Shown: positions 1 to 15,471, numbered from the stretch's first letter. The stretch is DNA of 64,000 bases from the human T2T-CHM13v2.0 reference genome, Homo sapiens (GCA_009914755.4 CP068257.2:2560001-2624000); one strand, 5' to 3'. Made by a program: numbers and translations. Notes: generated from the sequence alone by a model not told the origin.

Positions 1-37
1 TGTTTTGGCTGTACAGTCGCCAGTTTCAATGAAGGGG

Positions 38-961
38 AGGCCTGCCCTTCCACACCTGTGGGTGTTTCTCGTCAGGTGGAACTAGAGACTGAGAAAAGAA
101 AGAGACACAGAGACAAAGTATAGACAAAGAAAATTGGGCTCAGGGGACCAGCGCTCAGCATGCGGAGGACCCGCGCGGGCACTGGTCTCTGAGTTCCCTC
201 AGTATTTATTGATCATTATCTCTACCATCTTGGAGAGGGGGATATGGCAGGACAATAAGGTAATGGTGGAGAGAGGGTCAGCAGGAAAACATGTGAAGAA
301 ATGTCTCTGTGTCATAAACAAGGTTAGAAAATGCGCTGTGCCTTGATGTGCACGTATACAAACATCTGGGTGCATTAAAGAGCAGTATTGCCGCCAGCAT
401 GTCTCAACTCCAGCCCTGAGGTGGTTTTCTCCTATCTCAGTAAATAGAACATACAATCGGTTTTTACACCAAGACATTCCATTGCCCAGGGATGAGCAGG
501 AGACAGATGGCTTCATCTTATCTCAACTGCAAAGAGGCCTTCCTCTTTTACTAATCCTCCTCAGCACAGACCCTTTATGGGTGTCGGGCTGGAGAATGGC
601 CAAGTCTTTACCTTCCCAGGAGGCCATATCTGAGGCTATCACGTGGGGAGAAACATTGGACAATAACTGGTTTTCCTAGGCAGAGGTCCCTGTTGCCTTC
701 CACAGTGTATTGTGTCCCTGGGTACTTGGGATTAGAGAGTGGTGATGAATTTTAACAAGCTTACTGCCTTCAAGCACTTTTTTAACAAAGCACATTCTGC
801 ATAGCGCTAAATTCATTAAATCGTGACTCAACACATCACAAGTCTCTGTGAGCACAGGGTTGGGGCTAGGGTTACAGATTAACAGCATCTCAAGGCAGAA
901 TAATTTTTCTTAGTGCAGAACAAAATGGAGTCTTTTATGTCTACTTCTTTCTACATAGACA
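38..961 (-). mobile_element. ERV9 (HERV9) long terminal repeat, LTR12-like; probably the 3' LTR of a minus-strand provirus remnant
   Basis: The reverse complement of 38-961 begins TGTAGAAAGAAGTAGACAT..GACTCCATTTTGTT and ends ..AGAAACACCCACAGGTGTGGAAGGGCAGGCCTCCCCTTCA. It shares long blocks with the LTR12 consensus as I recall it (GGAGGATTAGTAAAAGAGGAAGG, CCTGGGCAATGGAATGTCT, GATCAATAAATACT, CTATACTTTGTCTCTGTGTCT). A purine-rich PPT-like run (GGAAAAGAGAGATCAG) lies immediately upstream in element orientation. Env TM coding ends about where expected, just before the LTR. Confidence 0.6.
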
Positions 962-1494
962 CAGTAACAGTCTGATCTCTCTTTTCCACACATTTCTGTA
1001 TCCTGAGATCATGGTCATTTCCTTGACTATCTATTCTGCCTCAATTTCCCCCTAAGAGACCTTAGGGTCAAAATCATATTGGAGGTTGAGGGGCTAGGTC
1101 ATTTTTTCTGGAGCTGTTTCCTGCTGAGTGGGTGTTATTTCTGCCTAGCCTGGGCCCTAAAATTTCTTCCTGTGTTATCTAACTGGGTGTAAACCATGTC
1201 ATTCGTGGAGCCAGTGGGCAAGATGTTGGCAGCAAAGGTTGAAAGCCTTGCAAAACCATCATGCAAACATGGAGTTGCCGTAAGCAAGACAGCAAGAAAT
1301 CAGTTAACATTTTAAACAAAATTGGAACAAAAGTAAAAGCTGAAAGTATAGTAATGACTGTTACTATTAAAGAGAGTAAGGCAGGTAACAGACATTGCTT
1401 TCATGTTCCCATGGAAGTTCCTAGAGATTCAATTTTGTCTGCCTGGGTGATGACATTATTAACATTTTCTTGGATTAAACCAGGCTGATTGATC

Positions 1495-1686
1495 TCAAAA
1501 ACAGCATTCTTCTTTTAGATGTAAACATCCTCCTCTTTGCCTAGCTGGGAGAAGATCCCAGGCTCTTTGGTTTTGTCGGACTACAGTGGCCATGGAGTCC
1601 AGATGTTGTTGAAATCTATTGAGGCCCTCTGCTGCTTGTTGCAGACCCATTGAGGCTTTCTGAGATAGTTTATACTGGATTCCCAA
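1495..1686 (-). pseudogene. Retroviral envelope TM subunit fragment (immunosuppressive-domain / CX6CC region), class I gamma-retrovirus-like
   Basis: The minus-strand ORF translation ends ..LDSMATVVRQNQRAWDLLPARQRGGCLHLKEECCF. This matches the canonical gammaretroviral TM motif LQNRRGLDLLtaeqGGxCxaLxEECCF (heptad region, ISD, then the CX6CC loop). The distance from this motif to the LTR start (~530 bp) fits a full TM C-terminus. Confidence 0.6.
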
Positions 1687-2954
1687 GGCTCCACCTTATG
1701 GTGACATTTGTGCTGCAAAAGTATTTTGCATTAACATTTTGAAAGCAACAAATGCTTTAAGTATTTTCTATTTTTTGCCAATAAGCAAAATTTTGTGCAG
1801 CTAAGTTGGCAGCAGTCATTCGGTTCGTTTATGGATGGTGCAGTTGAACGGTGGTCAAAGTTAGAGCCTGGAAGCCTTCAGTAAATGCGCTGAAGTTGTC
1901 TGAGGGCCATCAGAGTTGTTGCTTATATTGTATTAGATCATTTATTGAGAGTAGAACAAGCACACTGGTGGACCTCTCTCCATTTGGGACTTTCTGTACG
2001 GGGAGAAATTTCTCTGGCCCTGGATGGTGTGAAGTCTCACTGTAACTGCAGCTGGGCTGGTCTCTATTGTATCTGGCAAAGGCCGATAGAGAGGAGCATA
2101 AGGAGGAGGTTAAACAAGCTTAGATTCTACAGAAGACTCTGATAGTTTGGAGACGCTGGGGATTCTAAAGGAGGTGTGTGCCCCTGAGGGCCCCTATCTG
2201 GAGCTGGTGTTGGGCTGTGGGGTCTGAGGTCCCTTCCCCTTAATAAGAGATGATCTTCTAATGGTTCTGAGGGGCTTTCTGGCTTACTAGGCTTTAGCCC
2301 ACAGGTGCTGCATAGAGCTGGGTTTTGTTGTCAGGCCAGAAAGTCTTGCACATAGGATACTTCAGACCATTTTCCCTGATTTCCACAGAAACCATCTAGC
2401 TGGAGGATGGAGTTAAAGTTCACAGTCTCATTCTCCAGCCATGTTTTGTCAGCTAATCTGTAGGCAGGGTAAATAGTGTTACAAAAGAAGATAAGGTTTT
2501 CTTTTTTCTAAGTTTATTTAACCAAAAGCTGTTCAAATTTTTAGATATACATCCCAGGGGTGTTTCAGTGACAGTAGAGGAAGTGGCTCCCACGGTGCCG
2601 AGAGAATCGTGCAACAACAGAACATTTACTGAAGACCAGAAGGCTGTGGGCATCCTCATGAGCCAAGTGGAACCACCATGGTGTCCAGCTCATCCCCTTG
2701 AAACCCCATTAACTGAAGCTCAAGGAGGTCATAGGCATTTGCTATACACCATCCTAGCTCTCACCAGTGGTAGACATCTCTAGCCCTACCAAGATGACCC
2801 CCACTGCTGGCTGGGGGGCAGATGTCTGGCTGACAAGGCTTGCCCAAATTCACTGGTTTGCCATTTGAGATGCCCGATTATAACACCTGGAATGCTCAGA
2901 TGCAATCCCTATGACCGGGCATCTACATGACTGTGCATCTTTTGTTCAGTAAAG

Positions 2955-2964
2955 AAAGCCTGTT
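2955..2964. repeat. Target-site duplication (5' copy) of the L1 insertion: AAAGCCTGTT
   Basis: The identical 10-mer AAAGCCTGTT occurs at 2955-2964 immediately before the L1 5' end, and at 9039-9048 immediately after the L1 poly-A tail. Confidence 0.75.
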
Positions 2965-3870
2965 TGGGGAGGAGCCAAGATGGCTGAATAGGAACAGCTC
3001 CGGTCTACAACTCCCAGCGTGAGCGACACAGAAGACGGGTGATTTCTGCATTTCCATCTGAGGTACCGGGTTCATCCCACTAGGGAGTGCCAGACAGTGG
3101 GCTCAGGTCAATGGGTGCACACACCGTGCAAGAGCCGAAGCAGGGCAAGGCATTGCCTCACTCAGGAAGTGCAAGGGGTCAGGGAGTTCCCTTTCCTAGT
3201 CAAAGAAAGGGGTGACGGACGGCACCTGGAAAATCGGGTCACTCTCACCCGAATACTGCACTTTTCCGACGGGCTTAAAAAACGGTGCACCACGGGATTA
3301 TATCCCGCACCTGGCTCGGAAGGTCCTACACCCACGGAGTCTCGCTGATTGCTAGCGCAGCAGTCTGAGATCAAACTGCAAGGCCGCAGCGAGGCTGGGG
3401 GAGGGGCACCCGCCATCGCCCAGGCTTGCTTAGGTAAACAAAGCAGCCTGAAAACTAGAACTGGGTGGAGCTCACCACAGCTCAAGGAGGCCTGCCTGCC
3501 TCTGTAGGCTCCACTTCTGGGGGCAGGGCACAGACAAACAAAAAGACAGCAGTAACTTCTGCAGACTTAAATGTCCCTGTCTGACAGCTTTGAAGAGAGC
3601 AGTGGTTCTCCCAGTATGCAACTGGAGATCTGAGAAGGGGCAGACTGCCTCCTCAAGTGGGTCCCTGACCCCTGACCACCGAGCAGCCTAACTGGGAGGC
3701 ACCCCCTAACAGGGGCACACTGACACCTCACACGGCAGTGTACTCCAACAGACCTGCAGCTGAGGGTCCTCTCGGTTAGAATGAAAACTAACAAACAGAA
3801 AGGACATCCACACAAAAGCCCATCTGTACATCACCATCATCAAAGACCAAAAGGAGATAAAACCACAAAG
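2965..3870 (+). promoter_or_regulatory. L1 5'UTR (internal sense Pol II promoter and antisense promoter region)
   Basis: Position-for-position similarity to the L1PA 5'UTR consensus, including the CpG-rich segment and the YY1-site region near the 5' end. Functional status is unknown. Confidence 0.6.
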
Positions 3871-4887
3871 ATGGGGAAAAAACAGAACAGAAAAACTGGA
3901 AACTCTAAAAAGCAGAGTGCCACTCCTCCTCCAAAGGAACGCAGTTCCTCACCAGCAACGGAACAAAGCTGGATGGAGAATGACTTTGACGAGCTGAAAG
4001 AAGAAGGCTTCAGACGATCAAATTACTCTGAGCTATGGGAGTACATTCAAACCAAAGGCAAAGAAGTTGAAAACTTTGAAAAAAATTTAGAAGAATGTAT
4101 AACTAGAATAACCAATACAGAGAAGTGCTTAAAGGAGCTCATGGAGCTGAAAACCAAGGCTTGAGAACTACGTGAAGAATGCAGAAGCCTCAGGAGCCGA
4201 TGCGATCAACTGGAAGAAAGGTTATCAGCGATGGAAGATGAAATGAATGAAATGAAGCGAGAAGGGAAGTTTAGAGAAAAAAGAATAAAAAGAAATGAGC
4301 AAAGCCTCCAAGAAATAAGGGACTATGTGAAAAGACCAAATCTACGTCTGCTTGGTGTACCTGAAAGTGATGGGGAGAAAGGAACCAAGATGGAAAACAC
4401 TCTGCAGGATATTATCCAGGAGAACTTCCCCAATCTAGCAAGGCAGGCCAACATTCAGATTCAGGAAATACAGAGAACGCCACAAAGATACTCCTTGAGA
4501 AGAGCAACTCCAAGACACATAATTGTCAGATTCACAAAAGTTGAAATGAAGGAAAAAATGTTAAGGGCAGCCAGACAGAAAGGTCGGGTTACCCTCAAAG
4601 GGAAGCCCATCAGATGAACAGCGGATCTCTCGGCAGAAACCCTACAAGCCAGAAGAGAGTGGGGGCCAATATTCAACATTCTTAAAGAAAAGAATTTTCA
4701 ACCCAGAATTTCATATCCAGCCAAACTAAGCTTCATAAGTGAAGGAGAAATAAAATCCTTTACAGACAAGCAAATGCTGACAGATTTTGTCACCACCAGG
4801 CCTGCCTTAAAAGAGCTCCTGAAGGAAGCGCTAAACATGGAAAGGAACAACCGATACCAGCCACTGCAAAATCATGCCAAAATGTAA
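3871..4887 (+). pseudogene. L1 ORF1 (ORF1p, RNA-binding chaperone), inactivated by premature stops
   Basis: ATG at 3871 (MGKKQNRKTGNSKKQSATPPPKERSSSPATEQSWMENDFDEL...). An in-frame TGA at 4162-4164 replaces the consensus CGA (CpG decay: AAGGCTTGAGAAC). A second in-frame stop is at 4615-4617. The canonical end ..AATCATGCCAAAATGTAA is at 4887. The ORF is therefore split into 3781-4164 and 4231-4617. Confidence 0.85.
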
Positions 4888-4950
4888 AGTTCATCGAGAC
4901 TAGGAAGAAACTGCATCAACTAACGAGCAAAATAACCAGCTAACATCATC

Positions 4951-8782
<3,832 letters not shown>

Positions 8783-9038
8783 ACAATGAGATCACATGGA
8801 CACAGGAAGGGGAACATCACACTCTGGAGACTGTTGTGGGGTGGGGGGAGGGGGGAGGGATAGCATTGGGAGATATACCTAATGCTAGATGACGAGTTAG
8901 TGGGTGCAGCGCACCAGCATGGCACATGTATACATATGTAACTAACCTGCACAATGTGCACATGTACCCTAAAACTTAAAGTATAATAAAAAAAAGAAAA
9001 AAACATAAAAAAATAAAAAGAAAAATTAAAAAGAAAAA

Positions 9039-9048
9039 AAAAGCCTGT
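9039..9048. repeat. Target-site duplication (3' copy) of the L1 insertion: AAAGCCTGTT
   Basis: See the 5' copy at 2955-2964. It immediately follows the poly-A tail. Confidence 0.75.
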
Positions 9049-10639
9049 TGAAGAACAATTTTAAGGAGCTGGGAAATGCATAAAGCCTGAACGGACAGGG
9101 TTCTCTTAATGTGCCGCTCAAAACAAAACAAAAATTTTTGTGAACAGAAAACCTGACCAGAAAAATACATTACAATGACCACTAGGTGGCGATGGAGTAT
9201 TGCTGAAGGGACAGGAAACAATAAGCTGAGTCTGAACTGTGGCCAGAAAGATGTGAAACTAAGCAGCAAAGCAGCCCAAATATGAAATATTGATTGCAAC
9301 CTATGTGGTTAGTTTATTTATCGATACCACAGAAGTAGCAGCCAAAAGGAGAGCGGACATATATTCTCTCTCTAAAGAATAAAGTTGACTTAAAAACGTT
9401 TCCCCCAGAACTTTACTGAAATAGCACTGGAACAAGCAGCGATAGTTAACCAGGGAGTCTGGAACTGCCATAGTATTCACTGAAAGAAAAGGGAAACTGA
9501 AATTAATGAAGCAGACAAACCTCTCCCCAGGTCATGATACCAGAAATGTTGATGGCTGATGTAATACCTTGGTTCTTATCTTCTTAGTTAAAAAGAATTT
9601 AAACAAGAGACACACAGCAAAAGAAGTACAGCATAATTTATTGCAAAAAAAAAGAGAATATTTTGAAAATTAATTGCAGAATAGACGGTACAGTCTGAGA
9701 AAGAGATTCCAGGGCAGCCTGCTCATAAAAGTGAGACAGCGCTAATTATTGCTGGAGAAACCCCCTTTATGGGAGTTTTGCATGATTATTCATAAGAAGG
9801 TGGAAAGAAGCGTTGCAGAAAGCATGTTCTGTACACATTTGTGCATACAATGCTTGTCTCATTAGCATCTTAAATCTCCACCCAGGAATGTGTTTTTTAC
9901 TGTTAAAATAAACAAAGGGTCAGGTTGCATTCTAAAATGCAAATGCTTTTTAGAAGTAAAAGCCCCTACTGATGATAGCGGGTTTCAAATGACCCCAAGT
10001 GCTCCACATCTTAAAAGTTGCTCCCATAAAGCTGGAACACTATCTGTTCCTGAGGTATCAGGTCCCATATGTGGCTCTGAGTTACTGGCAAGCCAGGCCT
10101 GACTTGAGATGAGACCATTAATTTCAAGTGTAAAATGCCTAAATAGTCAGCAACTTCAGGTTGCATTTTGGAGCTTGTCCACTTAAATGGGTTGATGAAA
10201 ATGGCTCACAAGACTCACGCTTCGGAGTCTAAGCAGATTTTGTGCAACCCAATAATTAAACTTCTGATGACTAGACTTTCACAGTTGTGAAAAAGGCGAC
10301 TTTGAGAGTGATATTTCCAGGAAGCCACAGCCCTTGTCACCCCCTGCAGAGCTCTGAAGCTGCTCACAAGCAGGCCAGGTGAAAGATTTCTCTCAAAAAC
10401 GGTTGAGTGCGTGCTCTGGCTAGAGAAAAAAGAGGGCTGCGGCATAATGGACAGTGTCTCGGACATCAGGAAAGTTTACACAGCAGTTTAGGAAAAAAGG
10501 CAGCGCCTAGGGCTGCAGAAGACGTAATGCTCTGGAAAGAACCCTGGGTGCAATTGAAAGAGGAACCTGAGAATGATAGGCTCAATCGGGTGAGGACAAA
10601 GCGGCCATTTGGGAAAAGGGAAGGTGTCTTCGTAGAGTA

Positions 10640-11690
10640 ATACCCTCCTCAATGCCCAGCCCAGACCTGCCCTCCAGGTGCACCTCTGTACTCACTCTCC
10701 TTGCAAAGAGTCGGCATAGCATAAGAACTCAGCAGTGCTTTGGACTCCGGGAAGTCCACACCACTCTGACCCTTCCTCCAGGGCTATGCACCCCGGATCC
10801 TGGTACATGCTGGGAGTATAGTTCTGAAGCCTAACGACAAACAGACTGAAAGTAGTTAACGGACTACAGCTCCCAGCATATTAGGTGGGGCGCGTACCAA
10901 TCTGCCCCTTCTTCCAGGTCTGTGCCTCGCCCTGGAGCCTGGCGCATGCTGGGATTGTAGTCCTGTAGCCCTTTGACAAAGGGTTGGGAGTGTTTATGAG
11001 AATACATCTTCCAGCAATCCTAGGGAGGCGCACACAGCCCAGTCTCTTCCTCCAGTGACACGCATTGTCCCTGAGACTAGTGCATGCTAAGATTGTAGTC
11101 CTGCAGCTCTTAGAGGAAAGGGCTGGAAGAGTTTATGAGCATATATCTCCCAGCAAACCTAGGGAGATGCACACAGCCCCGTTTATTTTTCCAGTGAAGC
11201 GCACTGTCCCTGACCCCGGTGAATACTGGGATGGTAGTCCTGTAGCCACGGGACCGGAAAGTCTGGGAGTCTTTATGAAACTACATCTCCCAGCAAGTAG
11301 AAGGAGGCACCCACAGTCCGGTCTCTTCCACCAGTAATGGGCACTGTCCCCGAGCTGTGTGCATGCTGGGACTGTAGTCTTGCAGCCCGGTGATGAAAGG
11401 GCTGGGAGTTTATGAGACTACATCTCCCAGCAAGCCCACCGAGGCGCGCATGGCCCTGCCTCTTCCTCCAGTGACGCGCACTTTCCCTAAGTCCGTTGCA
11501 TGCTAGGATTGTAGTGTTGCAGCCCTGTAACCAAAGGACTGGGAGCGTTTATGAGACTGCATCTCCCAGCAAGACCAGCGAGAAGTGCGGAGCGTCGTCC
11601 CTTCCTCCAGAGATTAGCGCACTCTCCCTGAGCCTGGTGCATTCTGAGATTGCAGTGCTGCAGCCCTGTGACCAAAGAGCTTTGTTATAG
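10640..11690. repeat. Tandem array of ~139-bp units, about 7.5 copies, each containing two oppositely oriented SBS-like (ZNF143/THAP11-type) motifs
   Basis: The anchor GCATGCTGGGATTGTAGTCC recurs at 10806, 10943, 11082, 11222, 11361, 11498 and 11639 (spacing 137-141 bp). Each unit also contains GAGACTACATCTCCCAGCAAG or a close variant in the opposite orientation. Units diverge from each other by roughly 10-20% by eye. Confidence 0.8.
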
Positions 11691-11891
11691 TTATCTGTGA
11701 AGTATTCAACAAACTACTTTACTTAATTATTACTGGAAGCCAGAACCTCAGTTGCGTTCACTTTTTGGATTTTATATGAGTGAAATTGTATAATATTTAT
11801 ACTTTTACATCGACTTTCTTCTATGCAACATTATAATTACGGTATTAACTCATGATATTGCAGATAGCTATAGTTTGTTTATTTAAAAATT

Positions 11892-12990
11892 ATTTTTTTT
11901 ACTTTGTGGTAAAGTGTACATCAAATTAACCATTTTAGCTATTGTAAGTGTGCAGCTCAGAAAAATTAACTACATTCACATTGTTTTGCAACTATCATTC
12001 CCATTTATAGGGACCTTCTTTCAACTTGCAGAAACAAAACTCTATACCCATTAAATAAGCTCCTTGTTACTCCCCCTCAGGCTCCTAGGAACCACTCTTC
12101 TACTTGGGTTTCTAGTATTTCTTTACTCTAAGTATCTTATAATTGGAATGATTCAGTATTTGTTCTTTTATGACTGGCTCGTGTCACTTTGCACAATGTC
12201 CTTAAGGTTCATGCATGACATACCATGTGTCAGAATTTCCTTATTTTACATAGCTGAATAATATTCCACTGTATGTATAAATCACATTTTATCTATTAAT
12301 TCACTGATGGTAATTCAAACAACACTTGAGTAATTCAAACAGCTTTCTGGTGATGTGAGTAATGTTGCTGTGAACCTAGGTGTACGTGTATTATTTTCTG
12401 TCTTTGCTTTCCTATCTTTTGCTACATACCTAGATGTGAAATTGCTGGATCGTATGGTGAAATTACGTGTAAATTTTTTAGTTACTATGTTGTTATTTTA
12501 TAGTAGCTGTAGCATTTTACATTTCCACCAACAGTGTACAAGGGTTCTAATTGCTCCACATCCTCACCAACACTTGTGATTTTCTGTTTTGTTTTCTTTC
12601 TTTTGGTAGTAGCTATGCTGATGGGTATTAAGTGATATGTCATTTGGGGTTAGATTTGCATTTCACTAATGATGAGTTTTGTTGAGCATCTTTTCATGTG
12701 CTTATTAGCCACTTTACATAATTTTTAGAGAAATGTCTGCTTAGGATTTTTGCCAATATTTTAAACAGGTAGCTTGTGTTATTGTTGCTGAATTGTTCTT
12801 TGCGTATTCTGGATAGATTCTGATTCATCTATTTTTCTTTTGTTTCATGTGTTTTGGTTGTCCTGTTTAAAAAAAAAAAAACACTGCCAAATCCAGTGTA
12901 TGACATGTTTCCCCTATATTTTGTTCTAAGAATTTTGTAGTTTTAGTTCTTACATTTAGGTATTTGATCCAGTTAGTTAATTTTTTCTTA
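11892..12990 (-). mobile_element. 3' terminal fragment of an older L1 (L1M/L1PB-like), minus strand
   Basis: The reverse complement matches an old-L1 3' end: a poly-T at 11892-11900, then AAGTGTACATCAAATTAACCATTTTAGC..ACATTCACATTGTTTTGCAACTATCA..TTCAGTATTTGTTCTTTTATGACTGGCTCGTGTCACTT..GTCAGAATTTCCTTATTTTACATAGCTGAATAATATTCCACTGTATG. ORF2 C-terminal sequence continues in reverse complement to ~12990. Confidence 0.6.
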
Positions 12991-15060
12991 TGGTATAAGT
13001 GAAGGGCCCAGGTTCATTCTTTTACTTATGGGTACCCAATTTCGCCAGCACCGTTCTGCCTCTGACTGTCGGTCCTGTGTGGGTTTACTTGGAGGTGCTT
13101 TGCCTTGGAGAAAGGAGGCGGGTGGACAGTCGGGGGGCAATACAGCCCTGATAACACCTTGACTTAAGCCCAGTAAGACACGTGAGCAACAGGCCCCCTT
13201 GCAGAGGGCAAAGCAAAGTGGAATCCGAAACCACACTTCAGTCGGCCTAAGTGTGACTCCTGTGAGGACGGGACTATCCGCCTCGCGCTCCTTTGCAGGC
13301 TCAACGTGGGGCTATCTCATCTGTGAACCATGTGGATGAAAAATGGACAACCACCCGAGTCTCGGCTCATTGCTCTCTGGGCGATTCTCTCATTCCCTGG
13401 GAGACGAAATTCGTCTGAATCGCTCCCGGATGAAGTAATCCAGGCTGGTGATCTGGAGGGCCGGTGAGCGCCCCGCAGGCCAACGCGGCTGTGGGCCGAC
13501 CACTTAGACCGCACTGGGCACCCAACATTTTTCCTTAGTGCGAGTTCCTGCTGGTCCTGGAGGCAGAAGACCGCTTTTCTCTCTGCCTTCCTTTCTCTGT
13601 CCCTTCCTTCCTCCCTCCTTCCCTCTCTTCCTCCTTTTATCCCTCCATCCCTTCCAAGGTCCCTCCGTCCATCCGTTCTTTCCTCCCTCCATCGCTCCCT
13701 CCCTCTCTGTCTCCGTTCGTCTCCTGCTCTCTGCCTGAGTTCCCTCCCGCGTAGAAAGGGCAGCACCCCGGTTTGCGCGGGGACTCTGGTCTGCATTTAG
13801 CTGTCAGGCGCTCCACGGTGATGGCGAGGAAGCTGGCGGGGCACGGGTAGGCGAGTGACGGTGGCGGGGGGAGGCAGAGGCGGCGAGACGGGGAAAGAAG
13901 AGCATGCCTGGCGGCTGCCCGCGTCAGTGTTTCCCGAGATGGGGGTCTCCGCCCACTGTACTGAAGAACGCGGGTGGGTGGGGGGAAAAGGGATGAGAGC
14001 TCCGCCTGGACTAGTTAGAAAACCTAGGCTGCTGCCTGCAAACCCGCGCATGAGCAGTAGACAGTCTACCTCCCGGTACCTGGACGGGCTCTGGGATCCC
14101 CGGGATGCTCGGGAAAGAATGACGGCCCTCCACTGTGTGGGGTCTCTCACGGGACCTGGAACTCAGAGATCCTAGGCAGGTCAGCTGGAAGGGAAGACAC
14201 GCCTCTCCATACCGAGTCAGAGGTTCACCACGAAAGAGAGGCCGCCGCCCCAACCCCGCGCCTAAAGCTCCTCCAGCAGAGCCCTGTGTTCTTCCTGGCT
14301 GAGGAGTGGTTCCAGCGGAGCGGGCTCTTCCACGTCCTTCAGCTCCCCCAGTGGAGCCGGATCTAGGAAAGGTTGTGCCTTTTGCTGAAACTCTAGGGTC
14401 GACAGGAGCTCATCTAATAGGCTGGGAGTGAGTGCAGACCAGCGTCTTGGCTCCTGGAGTGGTTGAGAGGCGCCTGAATGGCTTGCATCTGTGCTTGACG
14501 CGGAGGCCTCCGGGGTCACGAGCTTCGGAGGTGGAGGTGCCCAGTCTTTGGTTTCCCACGCAGCCCTGGCGACCTGGGGCTCCAGTCCCACCGCAGACTC
14601 TGGTGGGACGTGGGTGGCGCAAGCACATCTTGGCCCTGAGACTCAGCTTGAGGGGGCCCAAGCTGTCCCACTGAGCAAGCGCCCAGCAGGCCGCCGTGCT
14701 GTGGGTCCTGGTCCTCCTGGCATTTGTTGGGGTGCGGAGGCCACCGAGGAGTCTGAGGGTGGGACAACCCCACTGCCGGAGGAGCCAGGGCAGCGAACAC
14801 AAAATCCTCGCATGCCGGGGCAGTTTGGGAGATTCCTTCTGCCTGTGCAGCCTGGCTGGGCTGGCACGGCTGGCTGGGGCAGGGCCTGGCTCGGTCAGGG
14901 CCAGGCTGGGCCAGGCCTTGCTGCCTGGCTCACGAAAGCCCCCTGTGGGAGAGCCCCAGGCGCGCAGGCTGTGTGGGGTGTGGGAAGCCCCGTTCCCCAC
15001 GCCTGGGTGTGGGTGAAGTCTAGTGAGGAGGGAGGAGTGTGACATCCCCCGGGGGTGTTA
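12990..15060. other. CpG-dense, GC-rich block (candidate CpG island; origin unclear, could be an unannotated promoter/first-exon region or an LTR-derived segment)
   Basis: CpG density is very high compared with the rest of the window (about 14 CpGs in 13300-13500). GC-rich ORFs overlap on both strands, which is typical of stop-codon-poor GC-rich DNA. A (GGCTGG)-like repetitive patch lies at 14830-14930. The block abuts the Tigger1 element at ~15075. Confidence 0.5.
13555..13745. repeat. CT-rich low-complexity tract, (TCCC)/(CCTT)-like
   Basis: CTTCCTTTCTCTGTCCCTTCCTTCCTCCCTCCTTCCCTCTCTTCC... About 190 bp almost purely pyrimidine on the plus strand. Confidence 0.8.
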
Positions 15061-15471
15061 ATTAGTAACCACAGCGGCCTCAAAGAGCTCAAATGAAAGG
15101 AAGAAATGCACGTCTCTTAGTTTAAGTCAAGAGCTGGAAATGATTAAGCTTAGTGAAGACGTAAAATTTTCATCACTAGAGAGACGTCAACGCTTGGCTT
15201 CAAAACTTCAAAGGATGGGCTGACTCTCTTTGAGGACCACTGCAATTGGTGACTTTAAGTTACAGCCAATGCTTATTGACCACTCTGAAAATCTCAGGGC
15301 CCTTAAGAATTATTCAAATCTATTCTTTCTGTGGCCTAGAAATGGAACATCACAGTCTGAGTGACAACACATCTGTTAACAGCATGGTTTACTGAATATT
15401 TTAATCCCACTATTGAGACCTACTGCTCAGAAGAAAAAAAAAAAACGATTCCTTTAAAGAGATTGCTGCTT

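Larger units (their letters stand above)
962..2964 (-). mobile_element. Degenerate ERV9-like proviral internal sequence (3' part of env plus PPT), interrupted at 2964 by the L1 insertion
   Basis: It lies between the LTR12-like LTR and the L1. It contains the Env TM peptide at 1495-1686 on the minus strand. There are no other intact ORFs; SU and pol assignments cannot be made by eye. Confidence 0.45.

Noticed and set aside
1-37. TGGCGAC... immediately outside the LTR12 U5 end, as a possible tRNA-Arg primer-binding site (which would make the LTR a 5' LTR)
   Set aside because: Only ~8 nt resemble a PBS. The Env TM coding region and a PPT-like purine run lie on the other side of the LTR at exactly the spacing expected for a 3' LTR, so a 3' LTR is the more parsimonious reading.
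8800-8835. G-run GTGGGGTGGGGGGAGGGGGGAGGG in the L1 3'UTR as a special G-quadruplex element
   Set aside because: This G-rich stretch is a standard, well-known feature of L1 3'UTRs and is not specific to this locus.
10640-11690. The 139-bp tandem array as a possible CRISPR array
   Set aside because: The units are contiguous with no unique spacers, are embedded in primate repeat-rich DNA, and carry a vertebrate transcription-factor motif. It is a eukaryotic tandem repeat.
13018-13540. Possible HERV LTR with a Lys-tRNA primer-binding-site-like string (TGGGCACCCAACATT at ~13520) and a TGGGTACCCA palindrome at ~13020
   Set aside because: The match to any PBS is weak (several mismatches). I cannot place canonical TG..CA LTR ends or a polyadenylation signal, and I do not recognise the family. 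It is kept only as a caveat inside the CpG-block finding.
14410-15045. 211-aa minus-strand and 183-aa plus-strand ORFs overlapping each other in the GC-rich block
   Set aside because: Mutually overlapping ORFs in 70%+ GC sequence with G/A/P/R-rich translations are expected by chance. Only the separate 109-aa ORF (14262-14591) looked protein-like enough to flag.
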